From IMG/VR virus record IMGVR_UViG_3300021142_000006: a DNA stretch of 64,000 nucleotides. One strand, 5' to 3'. Origin of the DNA: a virus. Lineage: Duplodnaviria; Heunggongvirae; Uroviricota; Caudoviricetes. The notes under the pieces are model-generated. The model was not told where the DNA came from and did not search any database. It saw only the letters and a list, made by a program, of their open reading frames with translations. This document shows, one piece after another, positions 19,352 through 30,075 of this stretch; within the stretch, counting starts at the first letter, position 1; the number at the start of each line of letters is the position of its first letter. Position numbers and translations under genes: made by a program.

Positions 19352-19611
19352 TATTTTAATAAGTTTTTGACTCCTTCAACAATTTGATTGAAATGTTGCA
19401 AATGATCATGGTTCATATACCAAATGAGCATGATGATTGATAATGCCCATAAGACATTACCTGGGGTTACATATTTTTTCATTAATCAAAAAATTTTTTA
19501 AGGTAACTAAAAAAACCCCATATGAATACGCATGTAACAGCTGCAACACAAATAACAACTGTACAAGCCACAGCTGGGTGTAAATGGCTCAATGATTCTA
19601 TTTCGTTCATA

Positions 19612-19914
19612 TTAATATTTTTTTGACAAGTTTTCAATATCATTTATATCATCATTGCTTAATTGGTAGTAAGCTCTTGATAACCTCATTAGTGCCTGAT
19701 TGAAATAGGAATACCCTGGGGTATCATTACCATTTACTCTACTGAAAAAATGAATTGTATTATCATTTTCAGATTTATATTGTCTTAATACATCCATGAT
19801 ATCTTCATCATTCATATTATCAATTAAGACTTTAAGAAGTTCTTCTTTATCGCTACGGCTACAATTATATACAATATCATCCGCATCAATATCAACATCT
19901 ATACTTATACTCAT
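19612..19914 (-). CDS. hypothetical protein
   Basis: 100-aa ORF. Confidence 0.45.
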   Translation of the reverse strand: MSISIDVDIDADDIVYNCSRSDKEELLKVLIDNMNDEDIMDVLRQYKSENDNTIHFFSRVNGNDTPGYSYFNQALMRLSRAYYQLSNDDINDIENLSKKY

Positions 19915-19915
19915 A

Positions 19916-20281
19916 TTATTTATTTTTTAGTGCGTTTTCAAATTCTGATGTTAAAAATTCCAAATCAAAGGATGGGTTATATATAACAATAATTTCATAT
20001 TTTTCGTAAATCCAGTCACATGCCAAACTCCACTCTGGAGCGGATATTCTTGTAGGCATGGTGTTGTGGTTTTTACCATATGGTTCAGCCAAAACAAATG
20101 TTGGTATATTGGAATGTTTTGTTTCATCTTCTATACTGACCTTGTAATGATATCTACATTGTTTATCAAAACCTTTATTTTTTAATAAAAGTGCGAGATT
20201 ATATGGTACCCATATTTGTTTTTCGTTATTCTTCTTCGTTTTCATTAATTTTATCTTTAAATTTATCACATAATTCTTCAA
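19916..20281 (-). CDS. hypothetical protein
   Basis: 121-aa ORF. Confidence 0.45.
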   Translation of the reverse strand: MKNYVINLKIKLMKTKKNNEKQIWVPYNLALLLKNKGFDKQCRYHYKVSIEDETKHSNIPTFVLAEPYGKNHNTMPTRISAPEWSLACDWIYEKYEIIVIYNPSFDLEFLTSEFENALKNK

Positions 20282-20390
20282 GAGTATCTGCTAATTTCTC
20301 TTGTTCTTCTTCGCTTAGCGAATGAAAGATATCTACTAAAGTGTCACAATAATATTGTACAACAACATAATTTATATTTAAAGGCATAAT

Positions 20391-20741
20391 CTATTTTTCA
20401 ATTTTTGTGTAACCAGAATTAATAATTACGATTTCATCAGCAAGATAAACATATGGTTTACTTTTTGTTTTATGTTTAAGCCCTTTTGCGGTACATGTAA
20501 CAATAACACGATCAGTTCTTTTAAACCTTTCTAAGTAATCTAAAGCATTATCATAACCATCAATAACATGTAAACCAGATGTATATTTAGTACCTTTACC
20601 ATCCATTACATTTTCCTTTATTTCGGCTTTAATAGTTTTTCCTATAGGTAATACCCTGGTGCCACCAATACCATGAAATAATGTAAGGAATTGACCTTTA
20701 TCGTTAATTTCAACTATCTTGTAGTATATTTTTTTAGACAT
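20391..20741 (-). CDS. hypothetical protein
   Basis: 116-aa ORF. Confidence 0.45.
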   Translation of the reverse strand: MSKKIYYKIVEINDKGQFLTLFHGIGGTRVLPIGKTIKAEIKENVMDGKGTKYTSGLHVIDGYDNALDYLERFKRTDRVIVTCTAKGLKHKTKSKPYVYLADEIVIINSGYTKIEK

Positions 20742-20965
20742 TATTTATGTTTTTTACAAAATGAACATTGGGGATAATGAAAATATTGTTTGTCTTTACT
20801 GTAGTTAGATGTCATGGGTACGGCATAATATTCACAACTATCTGAACCTTTATAGATGGTATATTCTTTAGAATTTACAGTGAAGGTTTTTTCTGTATCA
20901 TTCGATTTAAAAAAATAGCCATCACATGATGATAGAAATAATAATGCTATTAATAATTTTTTCAT
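20741..20965 (-). CDS. small lipoprotein
   Basis: Signal peptide with an LSSC lipobox. Confidence 0.45.
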   Translation of the reverse strand: MKKLLIALLFLSSCDGYFFKSNDTEKTFTVNSKEYTIYKGSDSCEYYAVPMTSNYSKDKQYFHYPQCSFCKKHK

Positions 20966-21005
20966 AATACTACAATAGTAATAAACAAATTTGAGGAAAG
21001 CAAAT

Positions 21006-21581
21006 TTAACTTTCTTGTTCGAAATTATACTGTTTAAATGTGCTAACCATTACTTTTTGTAAAAGATTATTTACGTCAATGTGAATAAGATTCCACAAAA
21101 TCATATCTATACAACCAGAAACATCCTTTGTTTTCTTAACCCTTTTTTTGTTAAATAAACTGTAATATTCATTCAATTCTACTTCAAGTCCAGTTTCTCT
21201 GGCTTCTTTTCCATCTACAGCTTCATAGAATTTTTTATGTTGAGGTAACATAGCTTTTAATTCGTTCATGCGTTTATTTTCATCTTCCGTTAACTCATTC
21301 ACATAATAATGTTTTTTAATGTTCTCAAAAAAATCAGATTGTCTGATACTTTTATGGAATTTATAGAACCATTCATCTTTCTCAGTTTTGGTTACACCAC
21401 AAAGTTTATCTAAGTTATGAATAAATGTATACCTATCGTATAAATTGTTAATCATATCTTGTAGCTCATCATCGGTTAATAATTTACTAAAAATATGATA
21501 GTAACAAGAACCAATATCCTCATTACAGGCTTTAAGTTTTTCAATAAAAATTTCGGCTAATAATTTCTTATTTATATACAT
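21006..21581 (-). CDS. hypothetical protein
   Basis: 191-aa ORF. Confidence 0.5.
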   Translation of the reverse strand: MYINKKLLAEIFIEKLKACNEDIGSCYYHIFSKLLTDDELQDMINNLYDRYTFIHNLDKLCGVTKTEKDEWFYKFHKSIRQSDFFENIKKHYYVNELTEDENKRMNELKAMLPQHKKFYEAVDGKEARETGLEVELNEYYSLFNKKRVKKTKDVSGCIDMILWNLIHIDVNNLLQKVMVSTFKQYNFEQES

Positions 21582-21748
21582 AAATATATTTTAGAATAAA
21601 GTAGATAAAATAAATATTAATGTAAATAAACTCATCAACTTTATGAAGAATCTATCCATAAGTGGAAGATCAAATTTAGCTAAGAGCATACTTATGCATA
21701 GGACAACAACCCAGGCATATGCGAGAATGGGTATTAAATTTCCCATGA

Positions 21749-22114
21749 TTAAAAGAATAAACCGTGAATCATCCATGAGATACCTAATGTAATCCAAGGT
21801 AATAATAACCCAAAAACTATATTATTCTTATCATCTTCTTTATTTGAAGAATAATTAGACCTTATTAAAGCATTCACAAATAAGCTAATACCTACAAACT
21901 GAAGTATTGTGAAATGTGGTAATGTAGGCATTGCTGGTAAAATAAACCAATAATACATGACATTTAATACATATCCCCATGAAAATGCGGAATAGATAAT
22001 TATAAAAAACAAGGCAATGAGTAGTGCAACAATATATGACATAATATTTGATTTTATAAAGTTAAGAATTATTTTTTGAATCTTTTTAATTTTTCTGTCT
22101 GTACAGCAAGACAC
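21749..22114 (-). CDS. membrane protein
   Basis: 121 aa with multiple TM helices. Confidence 0.4.
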   Translation of the reverse strand: MSCCTDRKIKKIQKIILNFIKSNIMSYIVALLIALFFIIIYSAFSWGYVLNVMYYWFILPAMPTLPHFTILQFVGISLFVNALIRSNYSSNKEDDKNNIVFGLLLPWITLGISWMIHGLFF

Positions 22115-22359
22115 TCATCAAATGTACCATATATACTATCTTCTGTTCTCTGTACACTATAATATTCTGGCATACCATTAACATAGGTATCAGTATCTTT
22201 ACGACTTACAGATAAATTATAAGTTACCTTGATACCACTGATAGCCATGACAACATTATCAATAGAACTAATTTTTGGTGATACGATTCTTGCTTTCGCA
22301 TCTGAACCGACAATTGTGTAAACCTCATCACCTGGGTCATATTTTGTTTGGAATATCAT
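22069..22359 (-). CDS. hypothetical protein
   Basis: 96-aa ORF. Confidence 0.4.
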   Translation of the reverse strand: MIFQTKYDPGDEVYTIVGSDAKARIVSPKISSIDNVVMAISGIKVTYNLSVSRKDTDTYVNGMPEYYSVQRTEDSIYGTFDECLAVQTEKLKRFKK

Positions 22360-22412
22360 ATTCTAATTATTTAATAGTACAAAGATAAAACATGATAATG
22401 ATATAACCAAAT

Positions 22413-22877
22413 TTATTTTGTTTTCTTTTTATAATATCGTTTTACGTCATTAAAATTCTTATGACATGAAAGATGTATTACTATTGGATATTTACCTTTA
22501 TCAACAATATCATGGTAAAGCTCAAAATTCTTTTCATCAAAAGCTTTGCGCCAATCCATGAACTCACCAGTTTCAGGGTCAAAATAACTTTGGGTATATT
22601 TATTACCACCCATAAAGAAATGATCCCATGAAGAAGAACCAATTATATGAAAATTTTCATTATACCAAGAATCTGGTTGATTACCAATAAATCTCATATA
22701 ATCATAATAATCAATAATGATATTTCCTGAGTCGAAAAACTTTCTTTTTTCTTTACCTTTTTCTTGATAACTTAGTTCTATCGATTCGTATGTGCTTTGT
22801 TTTGATTCTTTGTAGTTTATTCTGCTAAATGCCATAATTATAATGATAAGACTAAAATGAATAATAACCAACCCCAA
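22413..22877 (-). CDS. hypothetical protein (N-terminal TM anchor)
   Basis: 154-aa ORF. Confidence 0.45.
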   Translation of the reverse strand: MGLVIIHFSLIIIIMAFSRINYKESKQSTYESIELSYQEKGKEKRKFFDSGNIIIDYYDYMRFIGNQPDSWYNENFHIIGSSSWDHFFMGGNKYTQSYFDPETGEFMDWRKAFDEKNFELYHDIVDKGKYPIVIHLSCHKNFNDVKRYYKKKTK

Positions 22878-22965
22878 CCTTCTTTATTGTTGAAGGCCAA
22901 AAATATTACACCAAAAACCATTATTATTTGGAGTAATCTAAGTAGAATGTTTTCTGTTTTCATAG

Positions 22966-23718
22966 TTATAAAATTTTAACTTCTCGTTCTTCTTTATTTA
23001 CCTCAATAACAATTGGTTTGTTAACAAAATTATGACCATCATCAAGTATGCAAGCATTTACATACGTTGTGTTTTCATCATAATCAACATTGCGACCAGG
23101 GTGAATGTGACCACACATATGAACCAATGGTTTGATTTCTTTAACCCTATATCTCAATTGTTCACAACCAAGATATTCGTTTTGATCAGGTAAATAATCC
23201 AACTTATAAGATACTGGTGTATGAGTCATTATGATATCAGTATCAAGTGGTATTTGTTTCCATACCTCATCAATTTCATCACCTCTGTACTTATTAAAAC
23301 CCCAGCGATCACCATGAAACCACGGAGATACTGGAGAACCCCATATCTTTAATCCATTGATTGTTATATCACTGTTTTCAAGATAATGGATATTACCTGG
23401 CAAATTGTTTATCATTTGTTTTAACCAATATGGCTTAATCTTGGGCAATTCACCATTAACATCATCAATTTGGTAATCACCGAACTTTGGGTCAAATGTT
23501 TTATCATGGTTGCCGCATATGAAGACAATACCATATGTATATCTATCAACAATGCTTTCAAACCATTTAAATATGTCCTCAACTTCTCCCTTTTTACCAA
23601 GGTTGGTTAAATCACCACAATGACATAACAAATCACCATGTGGCAATAAATCTCCATATGCTTTGCTTGTAAGGTATTTATGTTTATTGTGTGTATCTGT
23701 TATGCAAACAATTTTCAT
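22966..23718 (-). CDS. calcineurin-like metallophosphoesterase
   Basis: Motifs CITDTH, GDL.....GNHD and GHIH in canonical order. Confidence 0.7.
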   Translation of the reverse strand: MKIVCITDTHNKHKYLTSKAYGDLLPHGDLLCHCGDLTNLGKKGEVEDIFKWFESIVDRYTYGIVFICGNHDKTFDPKFGDYQIDDVNGELPKIKPYWLKQMINNLPGNIHYLENSDITINGLKIWGSPVSPWFHGDRWGFNKYRGDEIDEVWKQIPLDTDIIMTHTPVSYKLDYLPDQNEYLGCEQLRYRVKEIKPLVHMCGHIHPGRNVDYDENTTYVNACILDDGHNFVNKPIVIEVNKEEREVKIL

Positions 23719-23719
23719 T

Positions 23720-24706
23720 TTATTTAAGTTTATATAATGTTCCTATTCTTCCTTTATTTTTGAGGAAAATTTCACCTAAGAAATAATCACCCTTATCTGT
23801 CCAAACCAAATATCCACGTGATTCCAAAAATGCTATTTCATCTTTGAATTTTAGCATTGGTTTATATGGAAGTATTTCCCCATAAAATCTATTATTGATA
23901 ATATTAACAATATTAAGTGGCTTGTTGTTCAAACAAATCATATTGTACCAGTAAATGTTCGATAAATGCTGATGATCTAACTCATCATATTTTAATACCT
24001 TGCCATCAAATGTTTTCCATGTATTTTCATGTAATTCATCTTTAGCTGTTTTAGATATATATTCGGTAAAATACTTTTTCAAATCATTTGTGTTAGTTTT
24101 ACCCAAAATTTTATTAAGCGCTTCTTTAGATAAAGGTAATTTGATAGCTTTATTTGTTGACTCAAGAATCGGTTTGAGATCATCATTATGTACTGATAGA
24201 CCATCAAATTTTCGGATATGGAAATTCTTATCAATACACCAGTCCCCAATTTTTGGCTTGTCATTAATTACCACATGAAGATCAATGGGGGTATTATTAA
24301 ACCATTGGGTCGATCTCAAAACATCTTGAGGGGTATCTGGAATATTATACACATTACCTTTGTTTTTGTGCATCATACCAGCAAGTTCATGTAGTGTGAA
24401 CTCCGTCACATCAATAGGAACCTCAATAATTTCTATTTTCAATTTTGTATCAGGAATTTCATCCTTAACAGAATCAGATGAAATATTAAGCGGATTGCTT
24501 TTAAGAAGTTTTATCTTCACACCTATGAAACTTGGCCAAGCACTTCCACGTGGTAAACGTTTATGGTCTTTAGATGTGTATATTTTACATCCTTTGGTAT
24601 AACTTAAAGCATCAGCTTCAGTTTCAACATAACCAAGAGAAACATATTCTGGTTTGAATATTAAATGGTCATCTTTAATAATTTGAAGTTCTTTAATAAG
24701 ATACAT
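23720..24706 (-). CDS. hypothetical protein
   Basis: 328-aa ORF. Confidence 0.55.
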   Translation of the reverse strand: MYLIKELQIIKDDHLIFKPEYVSLGYVETEADALSYTKGCKIYTSKDHKRLPRGSAWPSFIGVKIKLLKSNPLNISSDSVKDEIPDTKLKIEIIEVPIDVTEFTLHELAGMMHKNKGNVYNIPDTPQDVLRSTQWFNNTPIDLHVVINDKPKIGDWCIDKNFHIRKFDGLSVHNDDLKPILESTNKAIKLPLSKEALNKILGKTNTNDLKKYFTEYISKTAKDELHENTWKTFDGKVLKYDELDHQHLSNIYWYNMICLNNKPLNIVNIINNRFYGEILPYKPMLKFKDEIAFLESRGYLVWTDKGDYFLGEIFLKNKGRIGTLYKLK

Positions 24707-24751
24707 AAAATTTCTATTTTTTTTTAAAGGTAATAATTATTTTTGACAAAA

Positions 24752-26017
24752 TCAAATTTTATTTCCATTTAACATGTTGAATTTTGTTAACATGGATTTA
24801 AAATTCTTTTTATTTGGTTCAAATGCAAATGGATCAGATGTTCCAAACGATATTCTAAACCACTCACTATCTTGGACACCAAATGATTTAAATGGAACCA
24901 TAGCAAAATTACACTCATTAATCAAAAATGTCATAAAATCATCAATGTTAGTGAAATATTTCTTGTATGGCATCATAATAGTTAGGTAAATACCGCCACC
25001 AGGTTGGATATAATCAAACTTACCAATGTTATCTTCATCATTGAGTATATTTATGAACTCTTGTTGCATCATGCTGAATTGTTTTACCTTTTCATCGCAG
25101 AATAAAACGTAATCATCATCATCCAGATCGATATCCTTGAGATATCTTGCAACGGCAAGTTGTTCAGGCTTTGGTGCCCAAGCGCCAATATGCGAATATA
25201 TCTGTGTGGCTTTATCGATGATATAATATGGTGCCATTATCCAACCAACCCTAACACCAGTAGCACAAAGTGATTTAGATATACCATCAGCACATATTAA
25301 ATATTCTTTGATATTTTCATTAATTAATAATGGGTGTTCAGGTGTTGAGTGTGATAGATCATTATATATTTGGTCAAAGAATATATAAACAGGTTTATAG
25401 TTTGTTTCTTCCTTTTTTCTTTTTTCATTTTCAGCTAATACCAAATCGATAATATCTTTTAATTGTTCTTTGGTATATGTTGCACCAGTTGGGTTTTGTG
25501 GCGAACATAAACAGATAAGATGAACAATAGAGATAAATTTTTTAATGTCTTTGGCCAAAAGCAAAAAGTTATTTTCTGGCTTTGTAGAAATTTCTATGCT
25601 ATCAACATCATGTAAAAACGAATAATGGTTATTGTTCCATGACGGTACGGCATATATAACAAGGTCAGAGGGACTGAGTATTGTTTTAAATATGGTATAA
25701 ATTAATGGTCTAACACCACCGCCAATTAGAAATTCATTGGCACCATACTTATAACCATGATATGATGAATAAAAATCAGATAGAGATTCCCTAAGAGATT
25801 GTATACCCTGTGATGGTGGATAATTGGTATCATCATTCTCATAATGATCAATTATCATATTTTTCAATGTAGATGGAATTGGATGATATGTTGGGTCAAA
25901 GTCACCGATGGTGTAATTGAAAATATCTTTACTGTTTGGGTTATCTTTGATCTTCTGATTCAAAGCGATTATTTCTGAGCCGATTATTTCTTCAGCAAAA
26001 TGTGATAATTTGTTCAT
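24752..26017 (-). CDS. class I/II (fold type I) PLP-dependent aminotransferase
   Basis: SPQNPTG motif and a SKS....GVRVGW block containing the candidate PLP-lysine. Length is 421 aa. Confidence 0.65.
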   Translation of the reverse strand: MNKLSHFAEEIIGSEIIALNQKIKDNPNSKDIFNYTIGDFDPTYHPIPSTLKNMIIDHYENDDTNYPPSQGIQSLRESLSDFYSSYHGYKYGANEFLIGGGVRPLIYTIFKTILSPSDLVIYAVPSWNNNHYSFLHDVDSIEISTKPENNFLLLAKDIKKFISIVHLICLCSPQNPTGATYTKEQLKDIIDLVLAENEKRKKEETNYKPVYIFFDQIYNDLSHSTPEHPLLINENIKEYLICADGISKSLCATGVRVGWIMAPYYIIDKATQIYSHIGAWAPKPEQLAVARYLKDIDLDDDDYVLFCDEKVKQFSMMQQEFINILNDEDNIGKFDYIQPGGGIYLTIMMPYKKYFTNIDDFMTFLINECNFAMVPFKSFGVQDSEWFRISFGTSDPFAFEPNKKNFKSMLTKFNMLNGNKI

Positions 26018-26026
26018 ATTATATTT

Positions 26027-26386
26027 TTAATCTTCTTTATTATTTTCATAAATCTCATTCGTATCATACCAATCTTCAATGATAAATTCCAAAGTTAAAT
26101 CAGTTATTTTACCATCCCTTTTATTACCAATTACTTTGATTCCACCAGAATGAACTGTGCTTTGAGCATCACTATCATTATTCATCTCCAAATCTTTAAC
26201 GGTATTAAATAAATGTCTTGTAGCTAATTTTTTTAATTCTGATATATTGGGAACCCCATCCTCTGCCCAATGCCAGTGCCAATCAAGAAAAATCATGACT
26301 TTGTTAACCTTTTCAAAATCAAAGTTATCGATAATGTTATTTATCATAACATAAGGTTTCTTAAGTTCTATAATTTTTATTTCCAT
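26027..26386 (-). CDS. hypothetical protein
   Basis: 119-aa ORF. Confidence 0.45.
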   Translation of the reverse strand: MEIKIIELKKPYVMINNIIDNFDFEKVNKVMIFLDWHWHWAEDGVPNISELKKLATRHLFNTVKDLEMNNDSDAQSTVHSGGIKVIGNKRDGKITDLTLEFIIEDWYDTNEIYENNKED

Positions 26387-26399
26387 AATCTAATATTCT

Positions 26400-27173
26400 T
26401 TAACAACCAAGACCTGGTATTCTTTTATCATCATGATGTAATTCCAAATTGATTTTTTTCATCAACTTAGGTTTAACGGTTTTATAGTGTTTATTATAAA
26501 ACTTTTTGAACTCTGTCATGTCAACTTCAGGGAAACCATCCAGATTTTTTTCTGTTGATAAATAAGCTTGCATCTCATCATACATTACTTCTTCTGTATA
26601 ATGGTATTGAACCAAAGATTTTTTGAATTTCTTGATTTTACTTGGAGTTAAAATGGTATTAATGAGGTTATCCATAGTTTCCTTATACTCTGGAATAAGA
26701 TGATAAAATCCATGAGCAATTTCATGCTTCAATACATCAGATTTCATCTTTTGTGTGCCGATAAGATAAAAAGGGTATTCGCCACCAATATCGGCTATAA
26801 TGGTGTTATATATACGTTTCATTAAATAATCGTAGACATTTAATGAACCATAATATTTAAAATCAAGTAATATATCTGTTAAAACATGAGATGGTACATT
26901 GAAACCAGCAAAGTCCAATGTATAAGAAAATGAATTATCAGAACCAAGAACGTATCTACGTTGTTTGCTTGTTGCATACCAACGCTTATATAACTCAAGG
27001 TCATAAGCTTTATTTCTTACCTCTGGATTAGGAGATTCGTAGTACTCCTGATACCTAACAAATAACATAGATAGGTCATACATGGATGGCATTTCCACAC
27101 AATACAATCTATCAGCAATCTTGTGTAAGTTAAACTTTGGATTAAATTCGAGAGAGTTCTTATTTGCTTTCAT
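26400..27173 (-). CDS. hypothetical protein with HExxH motif (possible metallopeptidase)
   Basis: HEIAHGFYH motif present. Confidence 0.4.
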   Translation of the reverse strand: MKANKNSLEFNPKFNLHKIADRLYCVEMPSMYDLSMLFVRYQEYYESPNPEVRNKAYDLELYKRWYATSKQRRYVLGSDNSFSYTLDFAGFNVPSHVLTDILLDFKYYGSLNVYDYLMKRIYNTIIADIGGEYPFYLIGTQKMKSDVLKHEIAHGFYHLIPEYKETMDNLINTILTPSKIKKFKKSLVQYHYTEEVMYDEMQAYLSTEKNLDGFPEVDMTEFKKFYNKHYKTVKPKLMKKINLELHHDDKRIPGLGC

Positions 27174-27239
27174 GTTACAAAAGTAATAAATTATAACAAG
27201 ATGCCAAAATTTAATTGAACTATTTTGATATATTTTTTA

Positions 27240-27833
27240 TTATAATACCGAATCGTATAACCATGATTGGTCAACCGATATATTGGTATCATAAATACAT
27301 TCCTCGATCTCAATTTTATCATATTTGATATTATAATATTTGAGATATCTTGAAATCAACATCATATTTATAAAAAACATAAAATAAAAATAATCCTCAC
27401 TTTTACGATTTCTGTAAGTTATCATTTGATAATAATGAGTGTCATCTTTTTTAAACACGTTTTTACTTAAATGATACGATAGGCTTTTGATATCATTTTT
27501 ATGGAAATCTAAATCAAAACCAATGGGTAATTTTAACCTAAAATGAGTTTCATAATATAAATGGTCTGGATGTTTTTTTCTTGTCATGCAGGGCTCTATC
27601 TCAACCTTTTGGCGGAGAATAGTGTAACCGATTTCCTGTAACTTGCAAACAATACTATCCAATTTAGGTTTATAATCATCTCCAGAATGTTTGGATGAGG
27701 TCATAACCTGGTTTTCAAAGTTATTGTTGTTCTCAGTTTCAATGACAATAGCTTTAAGGCCAATTGATTCACAATCGGATTTAAATTTATCAATATCAGT
27801 TGTATTGACCGTTATATGAATCTCATAGTTCAT
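27240..27833 (-). CDS. hypothetical protein
   Basis: 197-aa ORF. Confidence 0.5.
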   Translation of the reverse strand: MNYEIHITVNTTDIDKFKSDCESIGLKAIVIETENNNNFENQVMTSSKHSGDDYKPKLDSIVCKLQEIGYTILRQKVEIEPCMTRKKHPDHLYYETHFRLKLPIGFDLDFHKNDIKSLSYHLSKNVFKKDDTHYYQMITYRNRKSEDYFYFMFFINMMLISRYLKYYNIKYDKIEIEECIYDTNISVDQSWLYDSVL

Positions 27834-28001
27834 TTCCTAAAACGATTTTTTATGGCTTGAGTGGCAAAATATGCCAGCAACAATATAATAAGTATATCAA
27901 AAATTGTCCACATCAATGAGAATAAAAAACCAATGATGTGTGGTATAACCATTAATAATATAATGGCACATATCATAAATAATGCAAAATATCTCATATA
28001 A

Positions 28002-28253
28002 TTAAGATTTAAAAGTTAACCAATCACCATCACGCTGATCGCTATTCCAAACAACATCTTTCCACCCAGCTTTTTTGTATCTCTCAACAATTATTTTGTG
28101 ATGCTCCAAAGTATAACCAGATGGTATAGAATCTATTGCTAAAATACCACCTAAACTTAATTTTTGAGATGATAATATTACATCAAATTTCTTTTCGTAA
28201 AAATCCACTTCTTTAAGAAAAGCTTCATTTAAACTATTTGGTGAAATTGCCAT
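28002..28253 (-). CDS. hypothetical protein
   Basis: 83-aa ORF. Confidence 0.4.
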   Translation of the reverse strand: MAISPNSLNEAFLKEVDFYEKKFDVILSSQKLSLGGILAIDSIPSGYTLEHHKIIVERYKKAGWKDVVWNSDQRDGDWLTFKS

Positions 28254-28278
28254 GATATTTATTTTTTATTATACAAAT

Positions 28279-28572
28279 TTACTTCTTTTTTTTATTTTTT
28301 CCAAGTTTTTCTTCTTGTTTTTTTCTTTCAACTTCTTCTTCGTGAATGAAATTGCTTAATGGGTTATCATAAGCAGTTAAACATATCATCAATTGTGTTA
28401 TAGCTCCATTACAACTATAAAAAGCTGCCCAATAACCCTCCTCACTTATTTCCCTGGGATTGGCATTACGCATTGCATTAATTTCATTGAGACGTTTTTG
28501 TTGTTTTCTTATTTGATGCAAAAGTTGTCCCTCAATTAAGAAAGCTTTAGAATCTTTAGTGTTAGTAGTCAT
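28279..28572 (-). CDS. hypothetical protein
   Basis: 97-aa ORF. Confidence 0.4.
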   Translation of the reverse strand: MTTNTKDSKAFLIEGQLLHQIRKQQKRLNEINAMRNANPREISEEGYWAAFYSCNGAITQLMICLTAYDNPLSNFIHEEEVERKKQEEKLGKNKKKK

Positions 28573-29194
28573 AATTCAAATCAATTATAGTTTTACTTAG
28601 TTTATTTAAAGCAATCTTTTGATATTTTTTATTGAAACCAGATACATTCCTTGGGCTTGGTAATACATGAACAAAATGATTCCTTTGTGTATATAACATA
28701 TCAGAATCATCATCAATTATAATATAATTTTCAATATTAGATTTTTCCATATATTTTAATTGTTCTTCCTTTGACCAATTAATATGGTGAAAATGTAGAT
28801 GTTTTTCCAGGAATGCTTCAATTTCACACCCTCTTGGTATTGTGCTATTATAGCCAATATGGTAGGTCTTTCTACCATCAATCCATAAATGTGGTGTTGT
28901 ACCAATAACTTCCCCAACAAAACCCCTATTTTTCCACATATGTTTTATACAATTCAAATTAGCATCATAGGATTCTGTTATAAAGCTGGTAAAACGTTTT
29001 GAACTGGATATAACAATCTTAGCATCAGTCTTGCTTATAAGTTCATTAAGCAATTCAGTTGATTTAGGACAAAACATTTCACCCCATTCATCATTCAAAT
29101 CAAATCTGGCCTGTATTCTTTTGCTTTTGCTTACCTTATGATAAAAAGCTTGATGATTTAATACGCCATCGATATCCAAAAAAATCACTTTCAT
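28562..29194 (-). CDS. HAD-superfamily hydrolase
   Basis: N-terminal FLDIDGVLN matches the DxDGVL motif I. Confidence 0.55.
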   Translation of the reverse strand: MKVIFLDIDGVLNHQAFYHKVSKSKRIQARFDLNDEWGEMFCPKSTELLNELISKTDAKIVISSSKRFTSFITESYDANLNCIKHMWKNRGFVGEVIGTTPHLWIDGRKTYHIGYNSTIPRGCEIEAFLEKHLHFHHINWSKEEQLKYMEKSNIENYIIIDDDSDMLYTQRNHFVHVLPSPRNVSGFNKKYQKIALNKLSKTIIDLNYDY

Positions 29195-29287
29195 ATTTAC
29201 AAATATAAGAAATGTTTTTCAAATAACCAAAAAAAATAAGCACTAAGAATAGTGCTGACATTTCTTTTAATAAAGACTAATTTTTTA

Positions 29288-30049
29288 TTACCATATAAAT
29301 AATGGTGCAAACCAAACTGGAGATACATAGTAAGGATCATAGTATGATTCATAGTAAACCACCTCTTCCTCTATAACCTCGATGGTTTCAGTTTCTTCAA
29401 CAGGATTATCATTGTTGATTAAATCTTGCTTACGCAATTCTGCTTCTTGCTTGATAAGTTCAATCATAAGTTTTGAACCCTGTTCAACAATATCTTTGAT
29501 TACATCTTCACCACCAAGTTGTTCAATTGAAATTGCTGTCTTAACAATATCATCAATTTCCATCCAGATATCATCCGATAATAAATCAATTTGCCAGCCT
29601 GTTTTGGTAGTGTCAAAACGATTTTCATTTATGAAACTCATGAAAACAATCTCGAATGAGTTCATTTTTTTGAACCTTGAAACGGCTATGCGAACATCAT
29701 CAAAACGTTCATCAACCTTATATGCATCAAACTCAGCATCTGTGTTGAAATCAAAGTATTTTGCAAAAGCAAACTCACCTTTTTCCAAGTCAACAAATGA
29801 GAATATATCATATATCTTGAGATATTCCTGATAACGAACCATGAATGTGTCAAACACTTTTTTACCCAGTTCAGTTATGGTGTATTGGTCACCAGTGATC
29901 TTAACATAACCTTTGGATAATAAATCAATGAACAATGGCTCAAGAATATGATCATCTTCATTCATAATCGTTTTAAATTTGCGATTATTGTTAAGTATTT
30001 CATTTAACAATATAATCGCCTGAAAGGTTTTAGCTTCGTTAGTACTCAT
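29288..30049 (-). CDS. acidic hypothetical protein
   Basis: 253-aa ORF. Confidence 0.5.
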   Translation of the reverse strand: MSTNEAKTFQAIILLNEILNNNRKFKTIMNEDDHILEPLFIDLLSKGYVKITGDQYTITELGKKVFDTFMVRYQEYLKIYDIFSFVDLEKGEFAFAKYFDFNTDAEFDAYKVDERFDDVRIAVSRFKKMNSFEIVFMSFINENRFDTTKTGWQIDLLSDDIWMEIDDIVKTAISIEQLGGEDVIKDIVEQGSKLMIELIKQEAELRKQDLINNDNPVEETETIEVIEEEVVYYESYYDPYYVSPVWFAPLFIW

Positions 30050-30075
30050 GATTAATTAGCTTTTACTGTTGTGTA

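Noticed and set aside
21591-21797. ORF 21591..21797 (68 aa) as an independent gene
   Set aside because: Overlaps the 5' part of membrane ORF 21749..22114 in a different frame. Either could be real, and both are hydrophobic, so it was not reported separately.
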